Origin: a virus
Reading direction: 5' to 3' (one strand)
IMG/VR virus record: IMGVR_UViG_3300042013_000061
Location: 64,001 to 128,000 of that record
Length of the DNA: 64,000 nucleotides
The position numbers and the translations under genes were made by a program. The notes below the pieces were generated by a model. That model did no database searches. It worked only from the letters and a program-made list of their open reading frames with translations, and was not told the DNA's origin. Of the stretch, positions 9,803 through 20,400 are shown in pieces (positions within the stretch are counted from its first letter, which is position 1; each line of letters opens with the position of its first letter).

Positions 9803-10155
9803 TGCACTGTGTATCCTACAAGTTCGGCATGGTTATACGGGTGCAGCGTGAGTTCAAGGTGATGCTGCCCGGTATCGTCGAGCAACACTTTGTAATTCCA
9901 CAAAACGTTTACCTTGAATTCCACAACTGCAACCGCTTCCATATTTTTTATCAAAGTGTCGAGGAAAGCATCGTCCACATAAACTTTTGAAATGCCGTGA
10001 TGAACGTTAAGAACAAAACCTTGAATGAATCCGACAAAATCCTCAATCAGCGGATCGTGCGGACTCATTCCCCCGTGCATATCGACAACCACATTGACGA
10101 TTCTCGGCACGCCCTGCATAAAAGCTTCGTCGGGTATTTCGGTTAATGTGCCCAT
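9799..10155 (-). CDS. Hypothetical protein, weakly resembling a tail-sheath C-terminal domain
   Basis: FLDTLIKNMEAVAVVEFKV...LELTLHPYNHAELVGYTVQ; strong AAGG SD. Confidence 0.55.
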   Translation of the reverse strand: MGTLTEIPDEAFMQGVPRIVNVVVDMHGGMSPHDPLIEDFVGFIQGFVLNVHHGISKVYVDDAFLDTLIKNMEAVAVVEFKVNVLWNYKVLLDDTGQHHLELTLHPYNHAELVGYTVQ

Positions 10156-10165
10156 GCTTTTTCCC

Positions 10166-13100
10166 TTATCCTTTGGACAGGCGTTTCTGCGGCTTCGCTA
10201 GTTTGATCGGGTCTTTATCTTTCGCAATCTTTTTCTTCTTGCCCGGAATTGCGATTGGATCGTCCACGCCTTGTTTAATCAGGAATGCACGTTGCTTGAT
10301 TGCCCACGACGGGCCTTCGTCGAATTTGCTGTGCAGTGCGCGCAGCGTATCGTTAACATCCAAATCGTAACCGAGTTCCGAATTCATCCCCTCAATCGCT
10401 TCACGCAACAACAGGTCGAGGCTGTCTTTTTCTTTGATCGGATATTTACCGGTCAGTGCCATGTTCCAACCGCCGCACTGATCCAACGAGAAACCAAAGT
10501 CAAAGTCGATTTCCAACGGGATTTCGAATGTGAAATTGTGACGCTCTTTCGAGATTTTCGCTACGTCGTAAGTCAGACCTTTTTCGATCATGTCCACGGC
10601 CAGCCAGAAGTCTTCAAATGCACAGGAGAATTCAAGGGAGTCGTGTACGCTGTTGGCCTGTACAAAGTCCGGGTAATGTCCGGTCTTTTGGTAGTATTCG
10701 AAACGACGTTTTTCAATGCAACGTGCGCCGGTCATCATGAAGTCGGAACCCATGCCCTGTACCGGTGAGTTTACAGATTGCCGCTCGTTACGCGAAATGA
10801 TGTTGCCCGCGTCTTCGTGCGATTGCGGAGTCAGGAAACCCCACAGGTTACGGCGGCGACCGAGTGGCGATTCAACGTACAGGAATTCACGAGCGTGAGC
10901 TTTGGCTTTATCAAACCAGCCAGCACCAACCGGGAAACGTTTAAAGAATTTCGCAGTCAAATCACGAACCATTTCCACGGTCGCGTCAATCGACTTCGCT
11001 GTACCCTTTTCACCCTGTTGGTAAATCAGTCCGAAAATTACCTGCTTAACGCTGTTCCGTTTTGGCTTGTCGATCTTGTCGATATCCATACGGAAGAAGT
11101 ACGCAGCGTTAATTTTGTGTACGTCACCTTTCAGTTCAATATCTTGCGCCAATTCAATCGTCGGCGTTTTCTTGAACTTCTCACGCAGAACCAGACCTTC
11201 ACGGAATACTGCTGCCACCTCTTTGTCACCAGAGATAAGCGACCAGCCGCGAACTTCGTGTGCCGCGTAGTCCACCTTAATAAATATTCGACCTTTCGGC
11301 GTAATAAACAAACGCTTAATCAGTTTACCCATTGCCGAACGTGACGGGATTGTTTGCAGTGTTGGGTCACGTGCCGAAGTACGGCCTGTCACCACGTCGA
11401 GATAACCGAAGCGCGGACGCATGCAACGGTCGGAACGGAAGTCATCATCTTCGCCCCACTTGAGAATAAAGCTCTTCACATACGAGTTGTAAAGTTTCTC
11501 AATTTTCGACAGTTCCGAGAACAACTTAATCTCGGGAACATCTGCATACTTCTTCTGGAAATCTTTGTCGATCTTGCCTTCGCCTTTCTTGTTTAACAGG
11601 ATAGGTTTCAGGCCGAGGACTTTGAAGAACAGAAGCTGTTTGTGGTCGGACTTGTTGATCTTGAAAATCTTCAGGTTCGACCGGCCAAACATTCCCATGC
11701 TTGGAGCGCCGTTCTGTTTCGCCAGAAGTTTGTTTGCCTTTCTGACGCCTTCGGATTCGTACAGCAGTTTCGTAACGCGGTTTTTCTCTTGAACAATTTT
11801 CGAATCTTTCGACTTGAGTTTGAACAGCCAGTCAATGTCGAGATACGAACCGTTAAATTCAAGGTTGCTCAGCGTGTGAATCTGATCGCTAAGCTGCTCG
11901 GAAACCAGCGACTCATATTTCTTAAAGCCGATTGTCTTACCGAGTTTTAATTGCAGCTTTTGAATGTGCAGCAGCGTGATTACGTCGAGCGCCATGTACG
12001 TTAACACTGGCCCTTCCAAATCTTCGTCCGCAATGAACGCCCGGTTTTCTTTACCGAAGTCGGATTCGTAATATGCACGACAGCCGTACTGCATACAGAT
12101 ATTCAACAGGGAATAATAGTTACGCCCGGTTACTGTCTGGATTGCTTTGTGGTTTTCATCCTTGCCGAATTCCGCAGAGATAACACACCACAGATTCGCT
12201 TTGAAGAACCGCACGCCCAAGTCACGACGCGCACCAATCAGGTCGAACGCTGCGTTGGCATAGAGGTTGTATTTGTTCTTCGATTCCCACTCGAAATAAT
12301 CGCGAAGTTTCTTCTTGATGTATTTGAGTTCTTTCGGGAGCCACGGCGAATCTTTATGCAGGAACGGCAGAATGTATGCCCGTCCGGTTTCCGTTGCGAA
12401 CTGCCAAGTTACCGTGTGGTTTTTACGACGGTTCAGGTTCCGGGTTTCCGTATCAATCGAAACGATTTCCGCTTCAACGATATCCTTGTACATTTTGTCG
12501 AACTTTTTAATCGTATCGACCATGACGATATCGTATTTGAGCTTCGGCACTTTGTACATCAGTTCGCCGTCGTTCAAACAGGTCGTCAAGTTGCGCGCCA
12601 CGTAACCAGCAGCCGCCATCGTTTCGTCATTCTTCTGCAAGCTACGCAGACTCAATGTCGAGACGTGATTAAACTTGTGAACTTTCCCTTTGTATTCCAG
12701 TTTGGTTTTGATCGGAACGCCGTAGAAGTGCTGCCACTGCACACCCTTTTTGCCGGTGTGTTGCGAAATGAATTCGCCGTTCAATGCCTTCGTTGGGTCT
12801 TGTCCAAACGTCACCACAGTATCAGGTTTGTAAACGCTGATAATGTATTCCAAACGCTTCTTGAATTCTGCTGCTGCAATTTCCAAGAAGGCAGGCGCAC
12901 CGCCCATTGTTTTCATGCTGTTATAACTGACGGCCATCCAGTTATAATCATCCAGCTTATTTGGTGCGTGATAATATTCTTCAGCACACCACATCAGATT
13001 GCGCAACAGTTCCCCGGTCGCACCATCAAACAGCTTGTTACGACGCATTGCCTCACCGGGCATTGAATCCAAAACAAACAGGATTTTTCCACGTGCATTC

Positions 13101-13204
13101 TTCGTCACGTGTTTGGGCAATTCGACTTTATCAAATCCCACAACGTCATAAGGCTTTACCGCCTTACTATACTTGTGGGTGAATTCCACATAATCAAACT
13201 TCAT
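10166..13204 (-). CDS. polA: Family A DNA polymerase with N-terminal UDG-like domain and 3'-5' exonuclease
   Basis: ExoI SIDTET, ExoII NAAFD, ExoIII YMALD; TGRTSARDPTLQTIP; motif A VDYAAHEVR; motif B RNSVKQVIFGLIY; motif C SVHDSL. Start placed at ATG 13204 because a promoter motif lies at 13241. Confidence 0.95.
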   Translation of the reverse strand: MKFDYVEFTHKYSKAVKPYDVVGFDKVELPKHVTKNARGKILFVLDSMPGEAMRRNKLFDGATGELLRNLMWCAEEYYHAPNKLDDYNWMAVSYNSMKTMGGAPAFLEIAAAEFKKRLEYIISVYKPDTVVTFGQDPTKALNGEFISQHTGKKGVQWQHFYGVPIKTKLEYKGKVHKFNHVSTLSLRSLQKNDETMAAAGYVARNLTTCLNDGELMYKVPKLKYDIVMVDTIKKFDKMYKDIVEAEIVSIDTETRNLNRRKNHTVTWQFATETGRAYILPFLHKDSPWLPKELKYIKKKLRDYFEWESKNKYNLYANAAFDLIGARRDLGVRFFKANLWCVISAEFGKDENHKAIQTVTGRNYYSLLNICMQYGCRAYYESDFGKENRAFIADEDLEGPVLTYMALDVITLLHIQKLQLKLGKTIGFKKYESLVSEQLSDQIHTLSNLEFNGSYLDIDWLFKLKSKDSKIVQEKNRVTKLLYESEGVRKANKLLAKQNGAPSMGMFGRSNLKIFKINKSDHKQLLFFKVLGLKPILLNKKGEGKIDKDFQKKYADVPEIKLFSELSKIEKLYNSYVKSFILKWGEDDDFRSDRCMRPRFGYLDVVTGRTSARDPTLQTIPSRSAMGKLIKRLFITPKGRIFIKVDYAAHEVRGWSLISGDKEVAAVFREGLVLREKFKKTPTIELAQDIELKGDVHKINAAYFFRMDIDKIDKPKRNSVKQVIFGLIYQQGEKGTAKSIDATVEMVRDLTAKFFKRFPVGAGWFDKAKAHAREFLYVESPLGRRRNLWGFLTPQSHEDAGNIISRNERQSVNSPVQGMGSDFMMTGARCIEKRRFEYYQKTGHYPDFVQANSVHDSLEFSCAFEDFWLAVDMIEKGLTYDVAKISKERHNFTFEIPLEIDFDFGFSLDQCGGWNMALTGKYPIKEKDSLDLLLREAIEGMNSELGYDLDVNDTLRALHSKFDEGPSWAIKQRAFLIKQGVDDPIAIPGKKKKIAKDKDPIKLAKPQKRLSKG

Positions 13205-13240
13205 AGGGTAGTGTCCGGTATAGAAAACCTTCCCGTGGTA

Positions 13241-13247
13241 TTTACAG
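13241..13247 (-). promoter_or_regulatory. Putative phage promoter motif CTGTAAA(T)
   Basis: aaaCTGTAAATa about 37 nt upstream of the polymerase ATG and directly downstream of a terminator. Confidence 0.65.
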
Positions 13248-13261
13248 TTTTCCATAGAACG

Positions 13262-13297
13262 AAAAAACCCGCCAATCCAATGAGGAAAGGCGGGTTT
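13262..13297 (-). terminator. Rho-independent terminator with bipartite stem
   Basis: CCCGCC-UU-UCC-ucauu-GGA-UU-GGCGGG-UUUUUU. Confidence 0.85.
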
Positions 13298-13299
13298 GA

Positions 13300-13782
13300 T
13301 TAACCGAACAGATTCACAAGGCGCATGAAATCGGTCATACGGTCATAGTTTTCTTCAGGTGTTTCGTAAGCGATCCACGCCCGACGCATTGCGCCAAGGT
13401 GTTGTGTCGCCAACGCGGGAACGCCGAGCCGTGTATAGACTTGCCAATTAATCGGCAACTCGTAAACGGATTCTGTGCCGCCAGAAAGTACCACCTTCAC
13501 TGGATGCTCAGGACGTGCATCAACAAATCCAATAAATCGCGGATTGTCTTTCCACATCAAAAGACTGACTTCGGTATCAGGCACGTCAACGGTTGTGATT
13601 GGCATGGTTAGCCCGTCAATCCGTGCGCCTTCAAATTCGCCAGAACCTAATCCGAAATAACCCATGAAATCCGAAGATGCGTGGCCCGGTACAAGCTCTT
13701 TAAAGTTTGTAGTCAGGATATGGTAATGATGCCCACGCAATTTCAGATATGCAAAGTGCAGATGAATTTCACTCTTGTGCAT
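13300..13782 (-). CDS. Hypothetical protein
   Basis: Track ORF 13300..13806; ATG 13782 preferred. Confidence 0.6.
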   Translation of the reverse strand: MHKSEIHLHFAYLKLRGHHYHILTTNFKELVPGHASSDFMGYFGLGSGEFEGARIDGLTMPITTVDVPDTEVSLLMWKDNPRFIGFVDARPEHPVKVVLSGGTESVYELPINWQVYTRLGVPALATQHLGAMRRAWIAYETPEENYDRMTDFMRLVNLFG

Positions 13783-14176
13783 CGTCGTCTGCCCCCGGTT
13801 CTTCAACCGGCTGCGATTTCACTTGAGACTGCTGCACATTTTGTTTCGCAGGGTTTTGATTTTGTTGCGGGGCCACGACAGGTGCCGGTGCTTTTGCTTT
13901 CACTTGAGTGCGCAGCAATTCAGCCGCTTTCTCAGGGGAAAGTTTGCGATGGTTAACCAGTTTTTTATCCCAATACATTCCTTTCGGAAGTTTGGCAGTC
14001 ACGTGGAACGGCAGACCGTTGGTAGGAACGCCGGGGCAGAAAGAATCATCGCGCTCGAAAGCTTTCATTGCGAGAATACTATCGGTGCTCCAAATCCCGT
14101 CAATTGGCCCTTTGTAAAAGCCAAGAAAGGCGAGGACTAATTGTTGGGCGCTCAGTTCGATTTGACTTGTTTGCAT
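13769..14176 (-). CDS. Peptidoglycan-binding-domain (PGBD-like) protein
   Basis: QQLVLAFLGFYKGPIDGIWSTDSILAMKAFE matches PG_binding_1 (LQ..L..LG.Y.G..DG.FG..T..A...FQ); GGAG SD before ATG 14176; Q/P-rich tail. Confidence 0.7.
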   Translation of the reverse strand: MQTSQIELSAQQLVLAFLGFYKGPIDGIWSTDSILAMKAFERDDSFCPGVPTNGLPFHVTAKLPKGMYWDKKLVNHRKLSPEKAAELLRTQVKAKAPAPVVAPQQNQNPAKQNVQQSQVKSQPVEEPGADDDAQE

Positions 14177-14384
14177 TTCTTTTCTCCAAAATCCAATGCC
14201 CGGTTCGATCATCCCACACATGGTTGGGGCCGGGTGGGCCTGCAAGCGGATGCGTGCGACCATTTAAAAGGTGCGCAGGAATATAATCAGGGCCGGGAAT
14301 TCCCGGTTGACCTTCAGGGCCAGTTGGCATACCCGCCCAATAACGCGCCGGGCCGTCGTCACCTTCATATCGCGGATGGCACAT
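14100..14384 (-). CDS. Small Gly/Pro-rich protein with short collagen-like stretch
   Basis: GPEGQPGIPGP; clear GGAG SD upstream of ATG 14384. Confidence 0.55.
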   Translation of the reverse strand: MCHPRYEGDDGPARYWAGMPTGPEGQPGIPGPDYIPAHLLNGRTHPLAGPPGPNHVWDDRTGHWILEKRNANKSNRTERPTISPRLSWLLQRAN

Positions 14385-14394
14385 TTAATTCTCC

Positions 14395-14419
14395 AAAAGA
14401 AAAGGGCCGTCCGTGGCCC
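14395..14419 (-). terminator. Rho-independent terminator
   Basis: GGGCC-acggac-GGCCC followed by UUUUCUUUU after the SNF2 gene. Confidence 0.65.
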
Positions 14420-14425
14420 ATAATC

Positions 14426-17400
14426 TTATTTGGTTTTCTTGTAGCGGAACTTCAGTTCGGCCAATTCTTTCAGGGCCGCAGCTTTGTTCACTACGTTGTA
14501 ACCAGCCTTGCCGACTTTCGAAATCATGTCTTTAAGGTCGGTTTTGTTTTTACCGAAGTACAACCACTGTCCTTCGCTACGCTGCCACTTCACGCCAGCG
14601 CCGGTAACGGTTTTGCCAATGTGTTTAACAATCGCAGGGTTAGTGCGAATGTCGATACACAGCATTACGTGGTCTTCCATGAAAATCGGGAAGACACGAA
14701 CCGCACGACGGTTGCTGGTGATGCGTTTACCTACGCTGAAGAATGCAGGCAGTTCGGAGACTGGCGCCAGTTCCAAGTCATACCACAATTTGTGAGTATT
14801 TTTCATACCCGGCTGGAATGCCGCGTTGACTTCTTGAATCAAATCAACCGTCTTGTCAGGAAGGTCGAAGTTTGCATCAAGATACTCGTAAATTGCATGG
14901 AACTTTTTCTTGTTGGAAACGGTAACGAACGCGTAACTTGGAGTCCAAGTGAAACCCAAGTTTTTCAGGTTCACATCGCTTTCGTCGAATTCCGCTTCCA
15001 GTGTGGCGAAGCCGTGGTAATAAGCAGGCGACAGCCAAACGTCGAGGTCGGCATTTGCTGGAACGATGCGGCCAATATCCGGTTCAGCTTCGTCCGTAAC
15101 AACAACCTTTTTACCGGTCGGGGCGATTTTGATAATACCGTCTTTGACTTTGTAAATGCCATCGTTAAGCGGTTTGCCTTTGATTTCGTTTTCCTTGCGC
15201 TTCTCGCCGTCGGCCTGTTCCTTCTTGATAATGCCGATGGTTTCTTTTTGCTGGCGCTCGCGAATACGACGTTCTTTTTCTTCCTGCTCTTCTTGCGCCT
15301 TCTGCTGTTTTTCCAAACGCTTATCGCGTGCTTCTTGGCGCTTCTCTTCGGTTTCCGTACCAGCAGTCGAAACATCGAAATATTTCGATTCTTGATCCGG
15401 CGTAATGTTTTCCAACGCGATGTAGCACATGTTCGCCTGAATCGTCACACGGGAGGACATGCCAGCCGGTGGATTTTTCAAGTTCACAATCAGCGACGAC
15501 AAACGCTTACCGCCATCCTTCTTGTTGAAGCCTACGATACGGCCAGTGCCCCATTCGGTAACAACTGGTTTTTTCGACAGACGTTCCACAAAGTTGTTGG
15601 CGACTTCTTCATCGCGCAACAGGATTTCAATGTTGGTAAGTTTCCATTTGTTTGGATCGGAAATCGGCATGTTCGGAACGAACGGGCGAACTTCCATCGT
15701 CTTCGCGCCTGCTACGTTTGGAGCCGCTTCGATAGGCAGCAATTCTGCTGTCTGTTCGTTGCGCATATCGCGAAACTCTTTGTTTTCAATATCGTTGAGT
15801 TCTTCATACGATTCGCGCATGCCTTTAAACGGTTCGTCATCCAAACCTTTAATGTTTTTCAGCATGTCGATACCGAGAGACAGCGCAGCGTTTTCACGCT
15901 CTGTCGGAACTTTACGACGTGTCAGCATTTCTTTGTAGCGCGGGTTATCGGCTTCAGTGAAACGAGCGATCCCGAAAGTTTTGGAAATTACACGCGCCTG
16001 TTTAGGCACTTCCATTGTGTTGTTCGCCAGTACCCAATCGAGATAAATAACATCCCGAGTCATTTCGCCTTCGCCATTGGCGGCAGCAATCGCGCCCTTT
16101 GGATCAGGACGGAAAATACGGGCGTTCGTTTGGTTAAGCGCACCCGGCCCCCACGGCGATTCGGCACGGATAATCCGGCTTGCCATTTGCAGGTTGTGCC
16201 CTTCGGACATACCCTGTTCGTTAGCAATCAGAATCTGTACACGGTCGTCGGTTTTAAAGTCGTTGAATGATTTGACTTTATCCGGTTCATCACCCGTGAA
16301 TTTCACGGCTTTTTGCTTGTAGTTTTCTGGCAGCGCATCGTAAATTGCCGAGGCACTGTGATTGTAGCGAGTGATAATAATCAGCTTGCCACGTGGTTCC
16401 TTTTTCCAGTAGTCCGGGTTTTCATCCGGGGAAATACTCAGTTGGTCACGCGGCAGGGCCATGTGTTCCGCACTGGAATGGTATTTCTTCGCGACGTACA
16501 AATCTTTTCCAACAGAAACCAAATCATATTCGGTGTACTGCTGGCCGCGTCGCCATGCTGGAGTGTTGAAGTGCAGGTGTACAAGGTTGGCAATGTATTT
16601 CGCTTTACGCGATTTAAACTGCGCGCCCTTGCCGAAAACTTGTTCGTAGGCTTCGTCGTATTGCGGGGCGATAATCAGACGTTCAAAACGTGCAAGGTTC
16701 TTTTCCCAAAGTGCCTGTTTGATTTTCTCGCCAGCAAAGTCAGCATCGTTGTCGATAAGACCAACGCCACCGCCACCTTCGCTTTCTTCTTGACCGCCGT
16801 GTTCGCCTTCGCTGCCACCTTCTTCGTCATACTCGTGGTCGGCTGCATCTTCCGCTTTCTTTTTCTGCGCCAACAACGGCTGCAAATCTTTCAGCGTTTT
16901 ATCCAGTACCAATTTGTACAACTGTTCGTGCAGTTTTTGCTGCTCGATTTCTTCAGCCGAAGTGCCGTCGTTACCTTGCGAATCCACCAGCGCGATTGCG
17001 TGGAAAGTTTCGATTGGTGCAGGCAGCATGAACGCCCATTCTTTACGCTTTTTCACGATGAACGCGGTGTAGTGGGAAAGCTTATCCACTGCGCGTTTGC
17101 CGTTAAGCGGAGTATAGGTTGCAACGGTGCGATCACCGATTTTTACATCGGAACCAGAAGCTTCTGCATCGGAACGAATGTTCGCAATTTCACCAGCACG
17201 GAAAACGTGCGGAGTTTTCAGAGCGATTTGACCTTCGATATCTTTTGCACGGTCAGGCATGATTGTACCGGTGAGGATACGCAGCCATTTAACCATCGTC
17301 GAAGTGGTCAGGATTTTCGTTGCACGGTGACGCGCAGAGTTAAACGATTTCAGGTTGTGCGATTCGTCGATTGCGATGTAATTGCAACCGAGACGACGAA

Positions 17401-20400
17401 TGAATTCCAAGTTAGCCGAGAAATTCACTTGTGCATTACCGATACACACGCGTTTGTTACGGCCCTGAATGAACGTCATGGAAGCGATGAAAATTGTGTT
17501 CGGCGGCGCAGCAGTTGCCACTTCCAGCAAACGTTTTTCACCCCAACGTTTCATCACGGCAGCGGACAACGGGAATGCGTTCCAGTTTTCGCCAACGAAA
17601 TATTTCATATCTTCGCACCACTGGTTAATCAACCCGTTCGGGCAAATCACCAACGGTTTAACAACGGTGCCAACGTCCAGCATATCTTTGACCATACAGG
17701 TCATGTCAATTACGCCTTGGCCGGTTTTACCACCACCCGGATCAAGTGCGAGAATTGCGAAAGAAGGCGGAACTTTTTTACGCAGATACGATTGCACAGA
17801 CGCTTGGTGCGGGAACACTGCACGCGGTGAGTCAGTCACCATACCGGGAACTTTAATGTCCTCGGAAGAAAACGAATCATCAGGACGAATGGATTCAACT
17901 TGTTCGTCTGCTTCTGCGAAAATCGTTTCCTGATTTGGTGCGTATTTGCCGAGCATGGTAGTGAACGGCAGAACGTCGTGCATGATGCGACGGTTATTCA
18001 GCTTCGGAATATCAAGCTTGTATTCGGCATCTGGATTGTTCGGGTTTTGACCCACTGCAATTTGCAGACGGCCGCCGCGTTCGTTGAAGTAGTCAGCAGT
18101 CGGAATCGCGTTAATCGCGTCCAGAATTTGTTTGAATACTTGACCACCGAAATAATTGTACAGCTTTGCAAAATCGGCAGTGGTCGAAGTCGAAGCGTTG
18201 AAGTAATTCGGATGCGAGGCAAGCTCTTCCTGAATTTCAAAACTCTTCGGACTGTAATCGTCGGTACGCATGTCGTTGAACGTATCAGTCCACAATTGCG
18301 AACCTTGTTCACCGGAAGCCTGCACCATTGCCGAACCGAGGATCGACGAAATAGCGCGTTTGGTCATGCTCACTTGCGAAGGTTTGAACGAACCGTCTTC
18401 GTTGAAATACTCGAAATAAGTCGTCGAGTAATCGTGACCTTTTTCAGTCGGAAGTTTTTCGTAACCCAGCGCACGAATTGCGTTCTTCGCGATGGCGTCC
18501 AGCTTCGGCGCTTTGTTATCCGCGTAAGCCAGTTTCAAATACAGGTCAACGATATCGGTAACAATGTCGCTGTTTGCAAATGTCGCTGCGGAAGTTTTCG
18601 AGCCATAAGCGCGTTCGGATTTGTAGGCGATTTCACCGATGTTCTGGTATTTGGTCAGCACCCACATTGTCGAGGCGAAATTCCGCACCATCGGTTTTTC
18701 ACCTTCTTTCGAAAGGTTGTAACCGAGATAATCCGCGATAGAAAGCGAATCAGGAATTACCGAACCAACGTCAACACGGGTAGTTGCAGAACCGGGCATG
18801 TCGCCAGCGGTCATGGTGATACCGAAGTCCCAATCGTAACCGATAATGCAACCGTCGAAACCTTTCAGTTCCACCATCAATTCATTCAGACGTTCAACGT
18901 CGTGCATGTCGATGTGCGGCCATGCGTCGGCACGCGGGTTGGCATAGAAACCGGCAATTGGAATATCGTTGCGGTTGAGAATTTCCAGAATTTCTTCGGA
19001 AACTTTTTCGTAGTCTTCGGCCAGCGTCGATGCTTTAAAAGCTTCGATATCAGGACGCGTTGCCATTGTCCCGTTCGGACGAATGTACATGTTTTCCGCG
19101 TTGCCTTTGGTTTTCTCTACAACGAAACCGTGCTGTGTACGAATATCCGAAATCTTTTTCAGCGTGGTCGCACCCATCGAATAACGAGGGATGTTAACCA
19201 TTTTGATTGCACGTTCGTTGCTGTACGACGGAACGCCTTTACGCGTTTGCGCAACTTTCGCACGGATTACTTGACCGATATAAACCGAGAACCATGCGTT
19301 GGTGCGGCTCAGGTTCGGGCGTTCGTTGGCTTCGGTCTGGCTGACGAAATGCGCAATGTCAGATTCCAGAGTAAAGCGAATCGAAGTCCGCATAACGAGG
19401 TTGAGAATTTCAGCTTCAGGGGCGAGTTTTGCATTGCCGCCGTTAAGCGTGGTTTCGACCATCGAATTGTTTGCAGAGCTTTCACCCATACGCGCTTGGC
19501 GGCGTACATCGGCAGCAGCTTCGATAGCCTGTTCCGATGGCATTTTCATGACTTCAATTTGCAGGAATTGTTCTGCAAGGTGATTGGTCACGTCCATGTC
19601 GGTGATGATGGATTTCGGCAGCGGGAAACCGGTGTGCTTAGTCCAGATTTGTTCGATATCGGTGAACTTGGTATTTACCGACAGACCACGGTGAATAACG
19701 CGCTCAGAAATTGCAGTGGAACCGAACAGGAATTGCGTGATTTCTTTTGCAGCGGCCAGAATGTTTTGACCGAACGGCGACTGCCAGCGACCGCGACGAT
19801 GCTGTTCAACGAAATAATGGTTGGAACCATTGTTCGCCAGCAAATCACCTTGGCCCATGTTGGTATCGTCGGAACCGAAATACGGCGCGGGTACATGCTC
19901 AGCGCGTTTATCAGTACCGGTGCCATTCAGCACAATATCAATACCGTCGTTATAACGCTGCGAACGATAGACGTTGTGGAAAGCGGTTTGCGACATACGA
20001 ATTGCGCGGAGGAAACCAACAACCGAAGATTTCACGGATGCTTCGTCGCGCTTACGCTGCATCACGTCATAGAACAAACGCTCTACGCGGGATTTTGCAG
20101 CTTCTTCGTCCATGCCCGAAATGTAATTCGAATCGGCCATACACAGACGCATGAAACGGAAAAACAAGTTGATATTCGACGTTACGTCACTGAGGGATTC
20201 CAGAATCGCAACGAGGAATTGACGATCACTCGGGTAGAAGAAACCTTCGTATTCCGAATTGCGATCAGGCTCCAAATTGATTGGACGAATCGAACGGATA
20301 AATTCCGACTCTTCGTTCTCGCCGTCTTCGTCGTCATCGTCGCCGTTTGCACGGGCAATTGCCAGTTCGTCGCGATACTCTTCTTCGTAAGCAGCGTGAA

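Noticed and set aside
10166-13204. Intron or intein in the DNA polymerase (also checked helicase, primase, gyrB)
   Set aside because: Reading frames are continuous with normally spaced motifs; no intein C...HN or LAGLIDADG signatures seen.
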